Virus record (IMG/VR): IMGVR_UViG_3300045988_053446
Span: 1-56,558 of that record
Source: a virus
Length of the DNA: 56,558 nt
Direction: 5' to 3' (one strand)
The translations under genes and the position numbers were made by a program. Positions 33,006 through 41,352 of this stretch are shown here, one piece after another. The notes under the pieces were generated by a model that saw nothing but the letters and a program-made list of their open reading frames with translations, was not told where the DNA came from and did no database searches. Position 1 is the first letter of the stretch. Each line of letters starts with the position of its first letter.

Positions 33006-36000
33006 ATGAAAAATATCAATTGGGGTGCGAACTTCAACTTACTGTATGCAAGATATTACAGTAAATATTTAGTTGACGGAAAAGAATACAATCAGACACT
33101 TAATGAGTTTAAGTACAGTAATATAATTAATCCGAATAATAACATTTCTATAGGTAACACTTGCAGTAGCAGTGTTACCTTTTCTATTTTTAAGCCAGAA
33201 ATTACGCTTGAAAATAAGGATATAACTATTTTTGAGGGCGTTAAGGATAATAATGGGATTAAATATGTGCAAATAGGCATATTTACTGTAACTAAAGAAG
33301 AAAGCAATGGCGAGTACACTAAGTACGCAGCTTATGACAAGCTGTACAAGGCTGAAAAAGGTTATTTTTCTGAATTGACTTATCCTAGTACGGATAAGGC
33401 TATTTTAAAGGAAATTTGTACAAAGTTAGGCATAAAGTTAGCAACTAGCATAACAACCCCACATACAATCCCAGAAAAGCCACAAGGCTATACAATGCGT
33501 GAAATTATCGGTTATATGGCTATGCTACAAGGCGGTAATGCGGCTATCAATTCCGACGGAAACCTTGAAATTAAATGGTACAAGGATAGCGGATATGTGC
33601 TTGGCGGACATCAATACTATCAACAGGGGGTTACTTTTACTACTAGCAAGGATTTTACGATAAGAAAGCTGACTTGTAATAATACAAAGTCCGGCGATAA
33701 GGAAACTAGCACAATCACTAGCGGTAGCGGTGCAACTGGGCTTAGCTTTGCTAACCCATTTATGACGCAGGCAATTCTTGATGAAGTCTATGAAAAGATA
33801 GGTGGCTTTCAATTCAGACCGCTTACAGTTAAGTTTGTCGGTGACTGGCGGCTTGAAGTAGGCGACATTATTACTGTTAATAAGGGCGGCGTTGATTACA
33901 AAGTGCCTATTATGCAGATTACACACGAATGTGACGGCGGCTTAATGGATACTGTTACATCTATAGGTCAATCTGACACAGAGAACAGCAATATAGCTAG
34001 CGGTCCGATAACCAAGCAAATGGAACGATACTACGCCGATTTAGTCTTAATCAACAAGGCGGTTATTGAAAATGCTGATATAACTAATGCTAATGTTGAG
34101 AATTTAAAGGCGCATCAAGCGTATATCGACCAACTAAAGACTAATAAGATTGAAACTGTCACAGCAGATATTGTTAATTTGACAGCGAGTAAAGCTACAA
34201 TTAATGAAGCTAATATTGCTAAGTTGCAAGCAGATTATGCACAGGTAGGCGTGTTAAATGCAGATGTAGCAAACATTAAGGTTTTAATGTTTGGTTCGGC
34301 GACAGGCAAAAGCTTAACAACAGAATTCGCTAATGCAGTTGTAAGTGTTATCGGCAATGCACAGATTAAAGATGCTATGATTGACAGCATAGCTGCGAGC
34401 AAGATTACAGCACTTGACCTTAATACAACTAAGTTTAAGGTTCATAGTGAAAATGGAATGTCTTATTGGCAAGACAATACAATTATCATCAAAGATACTG
34501 ACAGAATAAGAGTTCAAATAGGTAAAGACGCTAATTCAGACTACAATATGTATGTCTGGGATAAGGCTGGAAATCTTATGTTTGATGCCTTAGGACTTAC
34601 CGAAAAAGGCGTTACGAGAAAAGTTGTTCGTGATGAAGTTGTTAAAGATGACGCTAATATTAATGCAAGCAAGCTGGATATTGAAACACTATTTAATGTC
34701 ATCAATAACGATAGCACCCATACACTTAAGAGTAACAAGATTTATCTTGATAACGAAAAGCAGACACTTAATGTCATTATGCAAGCTATAACAAGTAGTG
34801 CTGGTAAAGATTACACGCAATGGGGCGGTATGATGAAAGTTGCTAGTGATTTTATCACTAACAAGTTGTGGTGGACTGAAAATGTTGACAATGAAAGCAT
34901 TAAGACTAAGTTTTCTACTGTTAATCAGAAGCTAGATAGCTACGAAATTACGTTATCTGACTTATACAAACAAACGAATGATAATTTTATGGTGTATACA
35001 GTAACAGCAACGCCTACAAAAGATAATTACCCTGCTGTTGATTGGTTTATACCTATTTATCCGTCAGATGATTTATTTCCAAGCGATAATCTTACTTGGA
35101 CTTACAGCAATGATGAATATGCTAAACATTACGGAGCAATAGCATACAACGAAACAGCTCAAAAAACTTGGCGTTGGGCTAAAGATGATAAAGGTAATTG
35201 GAGCTGGAAAGAGGTATCTAACACGCAATTAGCCTATATGCTTAATCAAAACGCTAGTTTCAGAATAAATTTAGATAACATATCATCATCACTTTCAAGC
35301 GTGCAGACAAACTTAAAGAATAATTATAGCACGACTACAGCTATGAATAATGCTATTACACAGGCTATAACAAGCGAAAGCAACAGCATCAAACTAGAGG
35401 TGTCGGGAACTTATGCAACTAAGGATAGCGTAGCTAATACGCTTAAGAGCTACGCAACCACAGCTAGCCTTGCAGCTTATATTAAGAAAGACCCAGCAAC
35501 AGGTGAGCTTAAGAGTGCTATAGAAGCTATTGCGGATACTATCAATATTACCGCAAGGGGCGGGCTTAATTTAAGTGGCAACAGGTTTACGTTAAGTAGC
35601 ACAAATACCAGCATTACGGCAGACGGAACAATAACTTGTAGCAATTTGATTGCAAACGGCGGAAATATTGGCGGTTGGAAAGTGTCTAAGGATTCAATAA
35701 GTACAATATTTAAGCAGAATAATGACTTATTTAAAATTGCATTACAAATACCTGGCGATGTTACACCATATGTTTTTTCAGTTTTTCACGGAACTGAAGA
35801 TGAGGGATACAGCAAAAGTCCTAATTTTTATATAAGTCAAACTGGTAAACTGTATGCAACTAACGCACAAATTACAGGAAGCGGCTATTTTTCATCTGGC
35901 ACGATTGGAGGCTGGGACATCAGTAAGTCTTCTATTTATAAAGATTATGGCAAATATAGAACTTATATACAGGCACCCGCTAATTCCGAAGCTTGGGCAT

Positions 36001-36980
36001 TCTCTTGCCAAGAAGAAAGAGATGGGGCATATTATGGCAATTGGTACGTTCGTGCGGATGGATATATGTATGCTTCTAAAGGTCAAATTGGCAATTTCTC
36101 AATTGATAATGGTATATTGTCGACATATCAAAATAATGGAATTAAAGGAATGTCAATAGACCAAAATTACATAAAATTCTATTCTTGGGTCGACGATTAC
36201 GAAAATTATGTAGGTTCGATAACTACAACAAGATACTATACTAGCAATAATGAAGTAAGAAGAGCTTTAGTGCTCAATGCAGATTATGGAGATGTTGTCG
36301 GAATAAATTGTACCAAAGAGAAAACAGAAAATACGGAATACGAATTCGTTATAAGAATAAACAACGATTTAAACAAATCATTAGAGTTTTTTTCGCCCAA
36401 TATTTCGATGAATGGCGGTTACCAAGACAATATTAAAAAACCAACGACACTTACAGTATATTGCTATAATCCAAATTCGGGAAAAGACACACAAAATGTC
36501 AGAATTACAAATACAGAGGACAGACACTACGAGAACTGCGAACTGTCAGTATATGGAAGTACATACATAGGATATGATTTGCGATGTTTCGGGTCAATTT
36601 ATGGAACAATTGCTTCTGATTCAGACGAGAACGTAAAAAAAGACGTTCATTTATTGAATTCAGAAGACTCTTCTGAATTTATCTACAATTTAAAACCTTG
36701 CGAATTTAAAATGATTAACGGTACTTCTAATCGCTATCATCACGGATTTATTGCACAGCAGGTTAAAGAAACTATGAAAGATGACTGGGGATTATTTATC
36801 GATAAAAAGATTAATAATGATAACTACGAAACACAAGTCTCAGACGAAAACGGAAATACAACTAAAGAACTAACAGCAAGATACGCATTACGCTATGATG
36901 AATTAATAGCGGATTTAGTTGCGACTGTACAATCGCAGAATATGCGTATTAAAAAATTGGAAAAGCAATTAAGCAATTAA
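33006..36980 (+). CDS. large tail tip/fibre protein with a C-terminal S74-type intramolecular chaperone domain
   Basis: 1324 aa. C-terminal ...SDENVKKDV...RYHHGFIAQQV...ALRYDELIADLV... pattern. Confidence 0.7.
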   Translation: MKNINWGANFNLLYARYYSKYLVDGKEYNQTLNEFKYSNIINPNNNISIGNTCSSSVTFSIFKPEITLENKDITIFEGVKDNNGIKYVQIGIFTVTKEESNGEYTKYAAYDKLYKAEKGYFSELTYPSTDKAILKEICTKLGIKLATSITTPHTIPEKPQGYTMREIIGYMAMLQGGNAAINSDGNLEIKWYKDSGYVLGGHQYYQQGVTFTTSKDFTIRKLTCNNTKSGDKETSTITSGSGATGLSFANPFMTQAILDEVYEKIGGFQFRPLTVKFVGDWRLEVGDIITVNKGGVDYKVPIMQITHECDGGLMDTVTSIGQSDTENSNIASGPITKQMERYYADLVLINKAVIENADITNANVENLKAHQAYIDQLKTNKIETVTADIVNLTASKATINEANIAKLQADYAQVGVLNADVANIKVLMFGSATGKSLTTEFANAVVSVIGNAQIKDAMIDSIAASKITALDLNTTKFKVHSENGMSYWQDNTIIIKDTDRIRVQIGKDANSDYNMYVWDKAGNLMFDALGLTEKGVTRKVVRDEVVKDDANINASKLDIETLFNVINNDSTHTLKSNKIYLDNEKQTLNVIMQAITSSAGKDYTQWGGMMKVASDFITNKLWWTENVDNESIKTKFSTVNQKLDSYEITLSDLYKQTNDNFMVYTVTATPTKDNYPAVDWFIPIYPSDDLFPSDNLTWTYSNDEYAKHYGAIAYNETAQKTWRWAKDDKGNWSWKEVSNTQLAYMLNQNASFRINLDNISSSLSSVQTNLKNNYSTTTAMNNAITQAITSESNSIKLEVSGTYATKDSVANTLKSYATTASLAAYIKKDPATGELKSAIEAIADTINITARGGLNLSGNRFTLSSTNTSITADGTITCSNLIANGGNIGGWKVSKDSISTIFKQNNDLFKIALQIPGDVTPYVFSVFHGTEDEGYSKSPNFYISQTGKLYATNAQITGSGYFSSGTIGGWDISKSSIYKDYGKYRTYIQAPANSEAWAFSCQEERDGAYYGNWYVRADGYMYASKGQIGNFSIDNGILSTYQNNGIKGMSIDQNYIKFYSWVDDYENYVGSITTTRYYTSNNEVRRALVLNADYGDVVGINCTKEKTENTEYEFVIRINNDLNKSLEFFSPNISMNGGYQDNIKKPTTLTVYCYNPNSGKDTQNVRITNTEDRHYENCELSVYGSTYIGYDLRCFGSIYGTIASDSDENVKKDVHLLNSEDSSEFIYNLKPCEFKMINGTSNRYHHGFIAQQVKETMKDDWGLFIDKKINNDNYETQVSDENGNTTKELTARYALRYDELIADLVATVQSQNMRIKKLEKQLSN

Positions 36981-37005
36981 GGACATCTTCGGGTGTCCTT
37001 TTTTA
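36980..37005 (+). terminator. intrinsic terminator
   Basis: AGGACATC-ttcg-GGTGTCCT followed by TTTTT. Confidence 0.7.
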
Positions 37006-37029
37006 ATGCGAATTAGGAGGTAAAACACA

Positions 37030-37323
37030 ATGTTAGACATTAACTCATCAATTCAGAAGAACGGAACATTATCTGTTCAAAATTCAGACGGAACACTTAA
37101 ACAGGTGGCTTATCTGTCAGCTACAATCAGCGAAAGCGGTACAGTTAGTATGTCAGCCAGCTTTAATGATTTTGCGGCATACTTGGCGAATGATATAGCA
37201 CTAGACAACGAGCTTAAGAGCTTTCTTGATGGCGTTAAAAATACTTACAAGGCAACATACAGCACAGAAGATAACACAGTTAGTTCAGATGCAACAGAAA
37301 CAGTAGAAAGTGAGGTATTTTAA
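37030..37323 (+). CDS. hypothetical protein (no TM segment)
   Basis: ORF track. AGGAGG RBS. Confidence 0.5.
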   Translation: MLDINSSIQKNGTLSVQNSDGTLKQVAYLSATISESGTVSMSASFNDFAAYLANDIALDNELKSFLDGVKNTYKATYSTEDNTVSSDATETVESEVF

Positions 37324-37325
37324 TT

Positions 37326-38432
37326 ATGATTAAATGTGGAGATTTTTCAGCGTGGAATGGTGTAGTTGACTGGAACAGAGTTAAGGCGGCAGGACTTACT
37401 CACGCTATTCTTAAGGTTATCAGACGTGATTTTGGCCCAGATAAGCAGTTTGAAAACAACTGGAAAGGCTGTCAGTTAGCAGGCGTGCATATTTGCGGTG
37501 TATACAACTATGTTTACACACCGACAGTAGAAGAAGCTATTGCGGCGGCTAAGAGAGTGCTTGAAGTGCTTGACGGACGTAAGGTAACTGTCTGGATGGA
37601 CGTTGAAGATACTTGTATGCGAAACTTAGGTTCAGAGCTTATCGACATTATCAAGGCTTACAAAGAGGTTATTGAGGGTGCAGGATATGACTTCGGTGTA
37701 TATACTGGCTTATCATTCTATGGCAGTTATATCAAACCATACACAAACCCTAGCGACTTAGATTGTCCGTTCTGGATAGCACGTTACTACTTAGGCTATG
37801 ATGAAATGCAGTTAAATGATGATGTTAACGCAGATAAGACACCCAGTATCGACCATTATCTTGCGGGGTGGCAGTATACTTCTAGCGCAAGAATTGACGG
37901 TGTAGACGGAGTTTGCGACTTATCAGAATTCTATGGCTTTCATAATGAAGAAGATAATACAGAAGATAACAGCGAAGAAGATAACACAGAGGATAGCACA
38001 GATGAACACGTATATGCTACATACGCCGCTTATACCGATAGATGGTGGGGTGAAGTAGAAGATAGAGAAGATTGGGCTGGTGCAGGCGACAATAAAGCTA
38101 TCACGGCACTTATTATCAAGGTTAGCAGAGGTTCAGTTAAGTACAGAGTTCACTTAAAGGGCGGAGATTGGCTTCCTTATGTTACTGGCTTTAATTATGA
38201 CGATTACGATAATGGCTATGCAGGTGACAAGAAGCACGAGATTGACGCAATAGAAATCATTTACTATACACCAGAGGGCGAGCCTTGGAAGTATGCTAAG
38301 TATATGGTATCTGTATTTAACAACCGCAACTTCTATCCAGAACAGGTAGATGATGAAACATCTAACGGAATGGACGGATATGCAGGCGTTATGGGTAATG
38401 CAATCGACAAGTTCCAGTTAGTTGTCGAATAA
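37326..38432 (+). CDS. endolysin: GH25 muramidase domain, acidic repeat linker and C-terminal binding domain
   Basis: ...DFSAWNGVVDWNRVKAAGLTHAILKV...VWMDVED... Linker is NEEDNTEDNSEEDNTEDSTDE. Confidence 0.75.
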   Translation: MIKCGDFSAWNGVVDWNRVKAAGLTHAILKVIRRDFGPDKQFENNWKGCQLAGVHICGVYNYVYTPTVEEAIAAAKRVLEVLDGRKVTVWMDVEDTCMRNLGSELIDIIKAYKEVIEGAGYDFGVYTGLSFYGSYIKPYTNPSDLDCPFWIARYYLGYDEMQLNDDVNADKTPSIDHYLAGWQYTSSARIDGVDGVCDLSEFYGFHNEEDNTEDNSEEDNTEDSTDEHVYATYAAYTDRWWGEVEDREDWAGAGDNKAITALIIKVSRGSVKYRVHLKGGDWLPYVTGFNYDDYDNGYAGDKKHEIDAIEIIYYTPEGEPWKYAKYMVSVFNNRNFYPEQVDDETSNGMDGYAGVMGNAIDKFQLVVE

Positions 38433-38576
38433 AGTCGAAATAACACGACCGAAAGTATTTGAAATATACTAACGATAAATGTATAATAAACTTGTCTTTG
38501 AGAAAAGACCCTTAAACATTTTCAAGTTCTGGCAGGCGATATTGTTTGATTGGCGTTGGCAATATCGCCGCTACAC

Positions 38577-38605
38577 TTGACACGATAGAACGTGTGTTCT
38601 ATAAT
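38577..38605 (+). promoter_or_regulatory. perfect consensus sigma-70 promoter
   Basis: TTGACA-17-TATAAT. Preceded by the 10-bp hairpin GGCGATATTG/CAATATCGCC at 38535..38569. Confidence 0.65.
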
Positions 38606-38655
38606 AATCGTATCGCTATCAAACGTGCAAGGGCAAGAGAGGGGAGTGCAGGTTT

Positions 38656-38775
38656 ATGAGTAATGAGGAATACAGGCGAATAATAATAGAAACAGTCAAT
38701 AGCTGTAATAATAAAAGATTTTTAAAGTTTTTATATGAATTAATTATATCATTCAAAAAGAAATGGGGCATTTAA
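38656..38775 (+). CDS. micro-ORF (39 aa), paralogue of 31310..31417
   Basis: AGGGGAG RBS. MSNEEYRRIIIETVNSCNNKRFLKFLYELIISFKKKWGI. Confidence 0.45.
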   Translation: MSNEEYRRIIIETVNSCNNKRFLKFLYELIISFKKKWGI

Positions 38776-38789
38776 TGCCCCTCTTTCTC
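38765..38789. terminator. bidirectional terminator hairpin shared by the convergent micro-ORF and repressor
   Basis: GGGGCAT-tta-ATGCCCC with T-rich runs on both strands. Confidence 0.6.
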
Positions 38790-39131
38790 ATACCAATAGG
38801 CTATATTGTCAAATATAGTTTGTTGATGTTCTTTATTAAGTTTCATTAACTTCTTAACACTATCCAACATTTTCTTATCTGACATTAAGTCGGGAATAAT
38901 ATCAGCATTATCAGTAGATAAATTATCTTCCCATCCCATTAAATACGATGGAGAAATATCAAGAATCTGTGCAGCAATCTGAATTTTATCACTTGGTATG
39001 TTTGTTACGGCATTGTTTTCATACTTATATAATGTCTGTTTAGAAACGCCCATCTTTTTAGCTAACTCTACTTGTGACATATTGTTAAGCTCTCTTTGTT
39101 CCTTAATCCTATCTCCAACAGTTTTAATCAT
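38772..39131 (-). CDS. CI-like XRE-family repressor
   Basis: HTH ...MSQVELAKKMGVSKQTLYKYEN... Divergent from the cro-like gene. Confidence 0.85.
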   Translation of the reverse strand: MIKTVGDRIKEQRELNNMSQVELAKKMGVSKQTLYKYENNAVTNIPSDKIQIAAQILDISPSYLMGWEDNLSTDNADIIPDLMSDKKMLDSVKKLMKLNKEHQQTIFDNIAYWYEKEGH

Positions 39132-39162
39132 TAGTGTTTCCTCCTTTCCTATCGGTAACTTG

Positions 39163-39190
39163 ATTATAGCACAAAAAAGTTACAAGTCAA
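39163..39190 (-). promoter_or_regulatory. repressor promoter
   Basis: TTGACT-16-TATAAT on the minus strand, flanked by GTAACTT/AAGTTAC half-sites. Confidence 0.6.
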
Positions 39191-39202
39191 GAAAAAAATA
39201 AC

Positions 39203-39230
39203 TTGACAAGTTACTTTTGCGGTGTATAAT
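39203..39230 (+). promoter_or_regulatory. early rightward promoter
   Basis: TTGACA-16-TATAAT. An AAGTTAC half-site overlaps the spacer. Confidence 0.65.
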
Positions 39231-39234
39231 AAGA

Positions 39235-39251
39235 GTAACTTCAAAAGTTAC
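39235..39251. promoter_or_regulatory. palindromic operator GTAACTT-caa-AAGTTAC
   Basis: Perfect 7-3-7 palindrome just downstream of the -10 box. Confidence 0.65.
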
Positions 39252-39274
39252 GAAGTTGGAAAGGAGATGAGAAG

Positions 39275-39484
39275 ATGGTTGATACAAATAAGCTTCGTGG
39301 GATTATTGCTGAAAACGGAAAAACGCAGACAGAAGTTGCACAAATGATAGGTGTAACACCCAAGACTTTCTATTTACGAATGCACAAGGGAGTTTTTGGC
39401 AGTAACGAAATTCAGATTATGATTGATAATTTGAATATTGAAAATCCTATGGAGATTTTTTTTGCAAAGAAAGTAACTTCATAA
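39275..39484 (+). CDS. Cro-like HTH regulator
   Basis: ...KTQTEVAQMIGVTPKTFYLRM... AAAGGAG RBS. Confidence 0.7.
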   Translation: MVDTNKLRGIIAENGKTQTEVAQMIGVTPKTFYLRMHKGVFGSNEIQIMIDNLNIENPMEIFFAKKVTS

Positions 39485-39488
39485 GTTA
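39472..39488. promoter_or_regulatory. distal copy of the operator palindrome GTAACTT-cat-AAGTTAC
   Basis: Perfect 7-3-7 palindrome overlapping the cro-like stop codon, 237 bp from the first copy. Confidence 0.55.
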
Positions 39489-39519
39489 CCACAAGACACA
39501 TAAGAATTAGAATTTTTGA

Positions 39520-39546
39520 TATTGATACAATAGAGAAGTGATGGTA
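39520..39546. repeat. left arm of a 27-bp perfect inverted repeat (ATTGATACAATAGAGAAGTGATGGTAG)
   Basis: Exact reverse complement of 39793..39819. Contains the extended -10-like TGATACAAT facing inward. Confidence 0.9.
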
Positions 39547-39631
39547 GCGGTAAATAGTTACAAACTTTTATTCAAACATCATTAGTTCTTTTTGGCAGGG
39601 ATAGCGCCCTGTTCGTATCAAGTGTGAATTA

Positions 39632-39769
39632 CCTACCGATTGGCAGTTTTGTCTTTAGCATATTTATTTAATTCTATTGATATAGAAATAAGAGCGTACA
39701 GGGTGCAGAAGTCTACGTCACAGAAGTATGAGCCGACCACTGATACGCACAATGCTATGACAGTATCCA
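39632..39769 (-). CDS. 45-aa hydrophobic peptide with a charged C-terminal tail (type I toxin-like)
   Basis: AAGGAG lies 5 nt upstream of the ATG. MDTVIALCVSVVGSYFCDVDFCTLYALISISIELNKYAKDKTANR. Below the ORF-track cutoff. Confidence 0.45.
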
Positions 39770-39792
39770 TACAATCTCCTTTTTGGAAAATG

Positions 39793-39819
39793 TCTACCAT
39801 CACTTCTCTATTGTATCAA
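39793..39819. repeat. right arm of the 27-bp perfect inverted repeat
   Basis: Exact reverse complement of 39520..39546. TGATACAAT on the minus strand faces inward. Confidence 0.9.
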
Positions 39820-39919
39820 TAAACATAAAGTTCTACAAGCTACAACAGATAGAAATGAGCAAAATTGCTCAAATGTGCCTTAAAAGGAATATATCACACA
39901 TTGTTAGAAAGGAATGTTT

Positions 39920-40612
39920 ATGGAGTTACAGATTTTTAACAATTCAGAGTTTGGAGAAATCCGAACCATTACTAAAGATGATGAACCTATGTTTTGCTTA
40001 GCTGATGTATGCAAGGCATTAGAAATATCAAATGTAGGAAATGTTAAGCAGAGGTTATCTGAAAAGGGTATCCATACTGCGGATACCCTTACAAATGGCG
40101 GAATGCAGAAGATGATATTTATTAGCGAGGCTAATCTTTACAAGACAATCTTTCAGAGCCGTAAAGAAAGTGCAGAGAGATTTACAGATTGGGTTACAGG
40201 AGAGGTGCTTCCGTCAATCAGAAAGACAGGCAGTTATCAGAAAAAGTTATCCCCACAGGAAATGATGAGAATACAGCTAGGTATGTTAGATGATGTGTCA
40301 GACAGAGTGTCTAAGTTAGAAAATACAATGAACATTGATTACGGACAGCAGAAAGTACTTAATGACTTAGTATCAGCAAGGGTAATAAAAATCTTAGGCG
40401 GTAAAAACAGTAACGCTTATAAGGAAATAAGCAGAAAAGTATTTGCAGAAATTAATCACGATTACAAGGATTATTTCAATGTTAATTCAAGAGCCAACAC
40501 ACCAAGGCTTAAGAATGAACAGGCAGTTGAATATATTAAAAACTGGATGCCAAGCACTAACACAATGATGTTAATAAAAGATTGCAATGCACAGATAAAC
40601 TTAGAGAGCTGA
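39920..40612 (+). CDS. ant: Bro-N domain antirepressor
   Basis: ...FNNSEFGEIRTITKDDEPMFCLADVCKALEISN... and ...FTDWVTGEVLPSIRKTG. Confidence 0.8.
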   Translation: MELQIFNNSEFGEIRTITKDDEPMFCLADVCKALEISNVGNVKQRLSEKGIHTADTLTNGGMQKMIFISEANLYKTIFQSRKESAERFTDWVTGEVLPSIRKTGSYQKKLSPQEMMRIQLGMLDDVSDRVSKLENTMNIDYGQQKVLNDLVSARVIKILGGKNSNAYKEISRKVFAEINHDYKDYFNVNSRANTPRLKNEQAVEYIKNWMPSTNTMMLIKDCNAQINLES

Positions 40613-40634
40613 TGATTAAGCGGAGGATTGTTTT

Positions 40635-40826
40635 ATGGAAAAGGAAGTACAGGCAACACCACAGTATAGCATATCAGTAGAAGAACTGATTGCGGAAAGA
40701 AACAATTTAGAAGTCTCTATTGCAGCATACAAGAAAGCTAAGAGAGACAGCAAGATAGCTGAATATTTATGGATTTTATCAGCAATATTATTTATTGCGC
40801 AAATGATATTTCAGCTTATTAATTAG
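40635..40826 (+). CDS. small protein with a C-terminal TM helix
   Basis: ORF track. GGAGG RBS. Confidence 0.5.
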   Translation: MEKEVQATPQYSISVEELIAERNNLEVSIAAYKKAKRDSKIAEYLWILSAILFIAQMIFQLIN

Positions 40827-40843
40827 AAAGGAGTTTTAGCAGA

Positions 40844-41119
40844 TTGATATTTATTATTTCTGAAAAAGGCGAACAGATTAATGAGGTAGAAAAACTTGAA
40901 ATCCTGGCACACATTGGCAGAAGAACAAGTTACCTCTTAGGAAGAAATAAGAATTGTGAACTCTTAAGAAGAGTAGTTGTAAAGGACATTTTAGGGCAGT
41001 TAAAGCACGAATACGGGTGTGAGTTAAATGAACTGAAAAAGAAGTACATAGCAGACACTCACGATTATATCGACTGCTACGAACTGCCTACAATAATGAA
41101 AGAGAGATATAAGCTATGA
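40844..41119 (+). CDS. hypothetical protein (TTG start)
   Basis: ORF track. AAGGAG lies 10 nt upstream. Confidence 0.45.
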   Translation: MIFIISEKGEQINEVEKLEILAHIGRRTSYLLGRNKNCELLRRVVVKDILGQLKHEYGCELNELKKKYIADTHDYIDCYELPTIMKERYKL

Positions 41120-41268
41120 TACAGGGTTTTATGTTGGGTGTTGTTGTCGGAATGATACTAGAAACTATATGTATTGTAGTTACAACATTAAAGATTAAAG
41201 CAAAAGAAAGGAAAGAACAATATGAAACAGGTAAACGAGAAAGTAATAACAGTACAGGATTGCATTGA
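41116..41268 (+). CDS. small TM peptide (50 aa)
   Basis: ATGA overlap with the upstream stop. Hydrophobic N-terminus. Confidence 0.3.
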   Translation: MIQGFMLGVVVGMILETICIVVTTLKIKAKERKEQYETGKRESNNSTGLH

Positions 41269-41350
41269 TATGTACGAGAAAAAGGATATGTATACAGTTA
41301 TTGACGGCGGTAAAGTTGTTGGATTTGTAGAAAAAAGAGAGGAGAACTAA
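41222..41350 (+). CDS. small hypothetical protein (42 aa)
   Basis: AAAGGA RBS. Overlaps the previous small ORF in another frame. Confidence 0.3.
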   Translation: MKQVNEKVITVQDCIDMYEKKDMYTVIDGGKVVGFVEKREEN

Positions 41351-41352
41351 AG

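Noticed and set aside
38433-38470. AGTCGAAAT directly after the endolysin stop, resembling the UAGUCGAAAC start of the hammerhead-like motifs
   Set aside because: No stem III or stem I hairpins and no CUGAUGA follow on this strand.
39640-40001. Track ORFs 39640..39822 (+) and 39783..40001 (+)
   Set aside because: Neither has an RBS. The first is antisense to the RBS-supported 45-aa ORF and runs into the inverted repeat. The second overlaps the antirepressor start region.
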